A DNA stretch of 64,000 nt from Pseudogymnoascus verrucosus (Eukaryota). Below are positions 61,273 through 64,000 of this stretch, piece after piece. The DNA is taken from the NCBI GenBank assembly GCA_001662655.1, contig KV460210.1. One strand, given 5' to 3'. Position numbers and translations under genes: made by a program. The notes under the pieces were generated by a model. That model had not been told where the DNA came from, ran no database searches, and saw nothing but the letters and a program-made list of their open reading frames with translations. The first letter of the stretch is position 1. Every line of letters begins with the position of its first letter.

Positions 61273-64000
61273 TCACTGCCCGTAGGCAGCCCAGGTGCTG
61301 TGTGCTTCGAGCAATTCTGTAACAATGCGTTAGTACGAATGCATGTAGCCGCCAACATATGGATACCACTTACTTTGTAAAACCCAAACCTGCCCTCCCC
61401 GATCCTCACACGCAAATTGCAAGCCACTCCCATCTACGAAATCGAGTATAACACTGTTGGGGAGCTCCTCAGCCTCCATATCAGGGATAGCCGGTGTGCG
61501 GAAATCACTGAGGTGGTACTTCTTCACTCCCGCCGCCTTGTCTGTTGACTTACCCGCCTGGGATTGAGTCAGGATCAGGAAACCTTGGGAATCGAGGCGC
61601 ATAGCACGCCTCTTCCAGAGCAGGTTATCCGGGAACTGCACATTGACATCGCCCATCTCCACCATAGTGGTGGCGGGACCAGACATGCTGGAGTAGTTTG
61701 AAGGGCTCATGGAAACACCCGTCGCAGGCGGCTCGGACTCTTCCCTAACGGTGGGAGACATGGCGTGGGAGATCGTCTTGCGGCTAGACGAGAACGAGGA
61801 TGACATGCGGTGCAGCATTCGGCTTGTGCGGCTGGCCTTTTTCTCGCTGTTATCTTCGCTCGTCGAGGGTGACAGTATACTCGAAGTAGGGGACATAACA
61901 TTGCCAAATTCGCGGCTCGATCGGCGACTGCTGATCGAGAGCGGCCGTCCCGACGAGCCTTGGTGGATAGAAGACGGCCTCGACGGGGAGCGCATAGACA
62001 TCGCGCTGGAAATAATTCCCGGCTCGATAGTCATAGACTTGCGGCGCTCAGCAAATGAGTTTCGGGTCTCGCTAATAAGCTCTTTGACGACTGTGATGGA
62101 AGACCTTCGCTCCTTCTTAGCTGGCGTCAAAGGTAGCTCTTTGTTCTCTATCGACTCCTTCATTGGAAGCTGGACTGGAGCTGGCTTGAATTTTTGGTGA
62201 TCAATCACAAGAGGGGACTGTTTTAAGGAAAGGGTGGTGTAATCCGATGGCATATCTGATTTTGCGGAGTATGGCTGGTTTGGATCGCGGATGATGCGTG
62301 CTGTTACTGAGATAGACTCAGGGCGAGCTCGCGTGGTGTGTGTGTTTGTTGGGGAAGAGTTGAATGCATCCGTCCTGTTCTTAATGGAGTATGAACGGTC
62401 GCGATTCTTAAATTGTTCAGGCGAAGAATCACGGGACATTGACGGTGAAGGCGACTGCCTGGTCAAGGAGTTTGCTCTCTCCGCAATTGATGGCGACTTA
62501 GAGCCTCCAGCACTTTGCGATTTCCGCACAGCAAAGAATGTTGGAGTTGTGCCGACAGTGGGTCCAGTGCCTTGCGGAGCCACAGGGGTTCCGGTTGTGC
62601 TAGACAGCTTCTCCAAAGCCTTGATTCTTTGCGAGATTCCAGATCCAACGTTCACCTTCTTAATGACCGGCGATGACGATGACTGCTGGCTAATCCGGTT
62701 GAGATACGCTGACCCTGCTGATACCGATCGGGTGGGTTCCAGTTGTGGTGTCAGGTGTTGGTTATCCTTCTTCGACGGGTTCGAGAAGGCACGGGAGAAT
62801 CGATCAGACACACTCGGGCCCTTCTTCGCATCTCGTGGAAAGGCTGGAGTCATTGGCGACTTGGCAACTGATATTGGCTTCGCCTCCTGGACAGTGGCTG
62901 ACTGCAGCTCATCCATGAAAGCTTCGTTGTTTAGGAAGTCAACTTCCGAGTTAGGCCGGCTCTTTTGCAAATCCGTGCGAATTGGCTCCATCAAAGCTCG
63001 CCGCCTTTTGGGCGATTCGCTCCGTGGGACTCTTTCATTGCCATTGGATTTAGCTGCATTTGTGCCATTATTTGACTCTGTTGCAGCGGAATCCTCAGGA
63101 CTTTGTGATGAAAACTTCGACCTAGGTATTTTCATAGGAGCTTTCACCTCCGGCAGAGATTCATCTCCAAGATCCTCTGAAACCACAATCTTGCCTTCAG
63201 TCTCCTCATTCTGTTCCACCTGCACTGGTATGGCCGAAATTTCAGTCGCGAAGTCTGTAATAAATGCAGATGGCGGCTTGTCTTCCTCCGATACCTGGAT
63301 CTCTGGTGCCAATTCCTTGGCTGCTGGTTCAGGGTGAGAATCAACGACGGTAGTGGTTGCTGTTTGCTCAGTTGGTAAGTCAGACTTCACAGGGTCTTCC
63401 TCGACCACGAGTGCTTCTTCAGGTACATCTGGGACAACTACTGTTGGCACCTCCTGTTCTTGGGCCTTGGGGGTCTCTGGAATGACGGCTGGTGTCTCCT
63501 GAGCCTCAGCAATGATTTCCTTTTCAGGCACAGCAACAGTGTTGTCAATCTCTGTCGGTGGCTGTGGTAGACTCTGTTCAACGTGATTTGACTCGTGACC
63601 ATTGTCCGAAGTGGTATCATCATTTTGGCTCACATCTTCCAAGGCAGCAGCCTCTTTATTCACAGTAGAGGCTTGGATTGTCTCATCGGTCGAATCCGAT
63701 ATCGACGAGGCTCTAGTCGACTCTGCTGGCTCCGAAACCGTAAGTGGTGTCGCAGGATCAGAGCCATTAGCCGTCGCATCAGATTCAGTGGCGCTGGTGG
63801 TAGATGCTGATAATGGATTTTCTGATTCCTCCTTGGTATCATTTGGTAAAGTCGGTGTAGTTTCCTCCTCCCTAAGCTCCTCAGCGACAGCAGGTGCAGC
63901 CTCGGCAGAAGGGGAAGCCTCAACAGTAGGAATAGGCTCAGCAACAGAAACAGGCTCGGCAGCACCGGCAGGTTCAACTGCAGGAGCAGGCTCGACCATT
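61273..64000 (-). CDS. Large low-complexity conserved fungal protein with C-terminal PH-like domain (5' end outside the window)
   Basis: 889-codon open frame: acidic E/P/A-rich start, S/R-rich middle, FMDELQSATVQEAKPISV, GDVNVQFPDNLLWKRR...SVILDFVDGSGLQFACED. Terminal intron about 61317-61373; stop at 61273. Confidence 0.8.

Noticed and set aside
62291..63337. 348-aa plus-strand ORF
   Set aside because: Antisense shadow of the S/R/P-rich minus-strand gene.

Overview
Gene-dense, intron-containing DNA from a filamentous ascomycete (Pezizomycotina). Evidence: short GT-AG introns with CTRAC branch sites and typical fungal proteins; a Leotiomycete-like origin is only an impression. About 25 protein-coding genes, mostly housekeeping: short kinesin-3, DeSI/PPPDE-thioredoxin-PUL protein, GDA1, MTC2-like, VPS27, a REC114-like meiotic gene, YSC84, SFT1-like SNARE, ArfGAP, MsrB, BiP/KAR2, HBS1/SKI7, CreD, CreC, GEM1, a DUF2433-type metallophosphoesterase-like protein, COQ5, BCKDH E1-alpha, a CUE2-like Smr protein and UFD4, plus partial genes at both edges. 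A more accessory-looking patch at about 15.5-21.2 kb holds a Nudix hydrolase, a possible gene relic, a GH75 chitosanase and a bacterial-type DUF899 gene. No tRNA, rRNA, transposon or CRISPR was recognised by eye. Best observations: (1) two in-phase alternative 3' splice sites in HBS1 that include or remove a 208-codon Ski7-like segment; (2) a REC114-like gene fragmented across four exons in the ORF track; (3) creC and creD side by side; (4) a recurring C-rich then G/T-rich switch near the 3' ends of many CDSs; (5) a GC-AG intron in the kinesin; (6) a candidate UPR element upstream of BiP. I did not find a wholly new multi-gene system. All family assignments come from motif recognition, not database searches.
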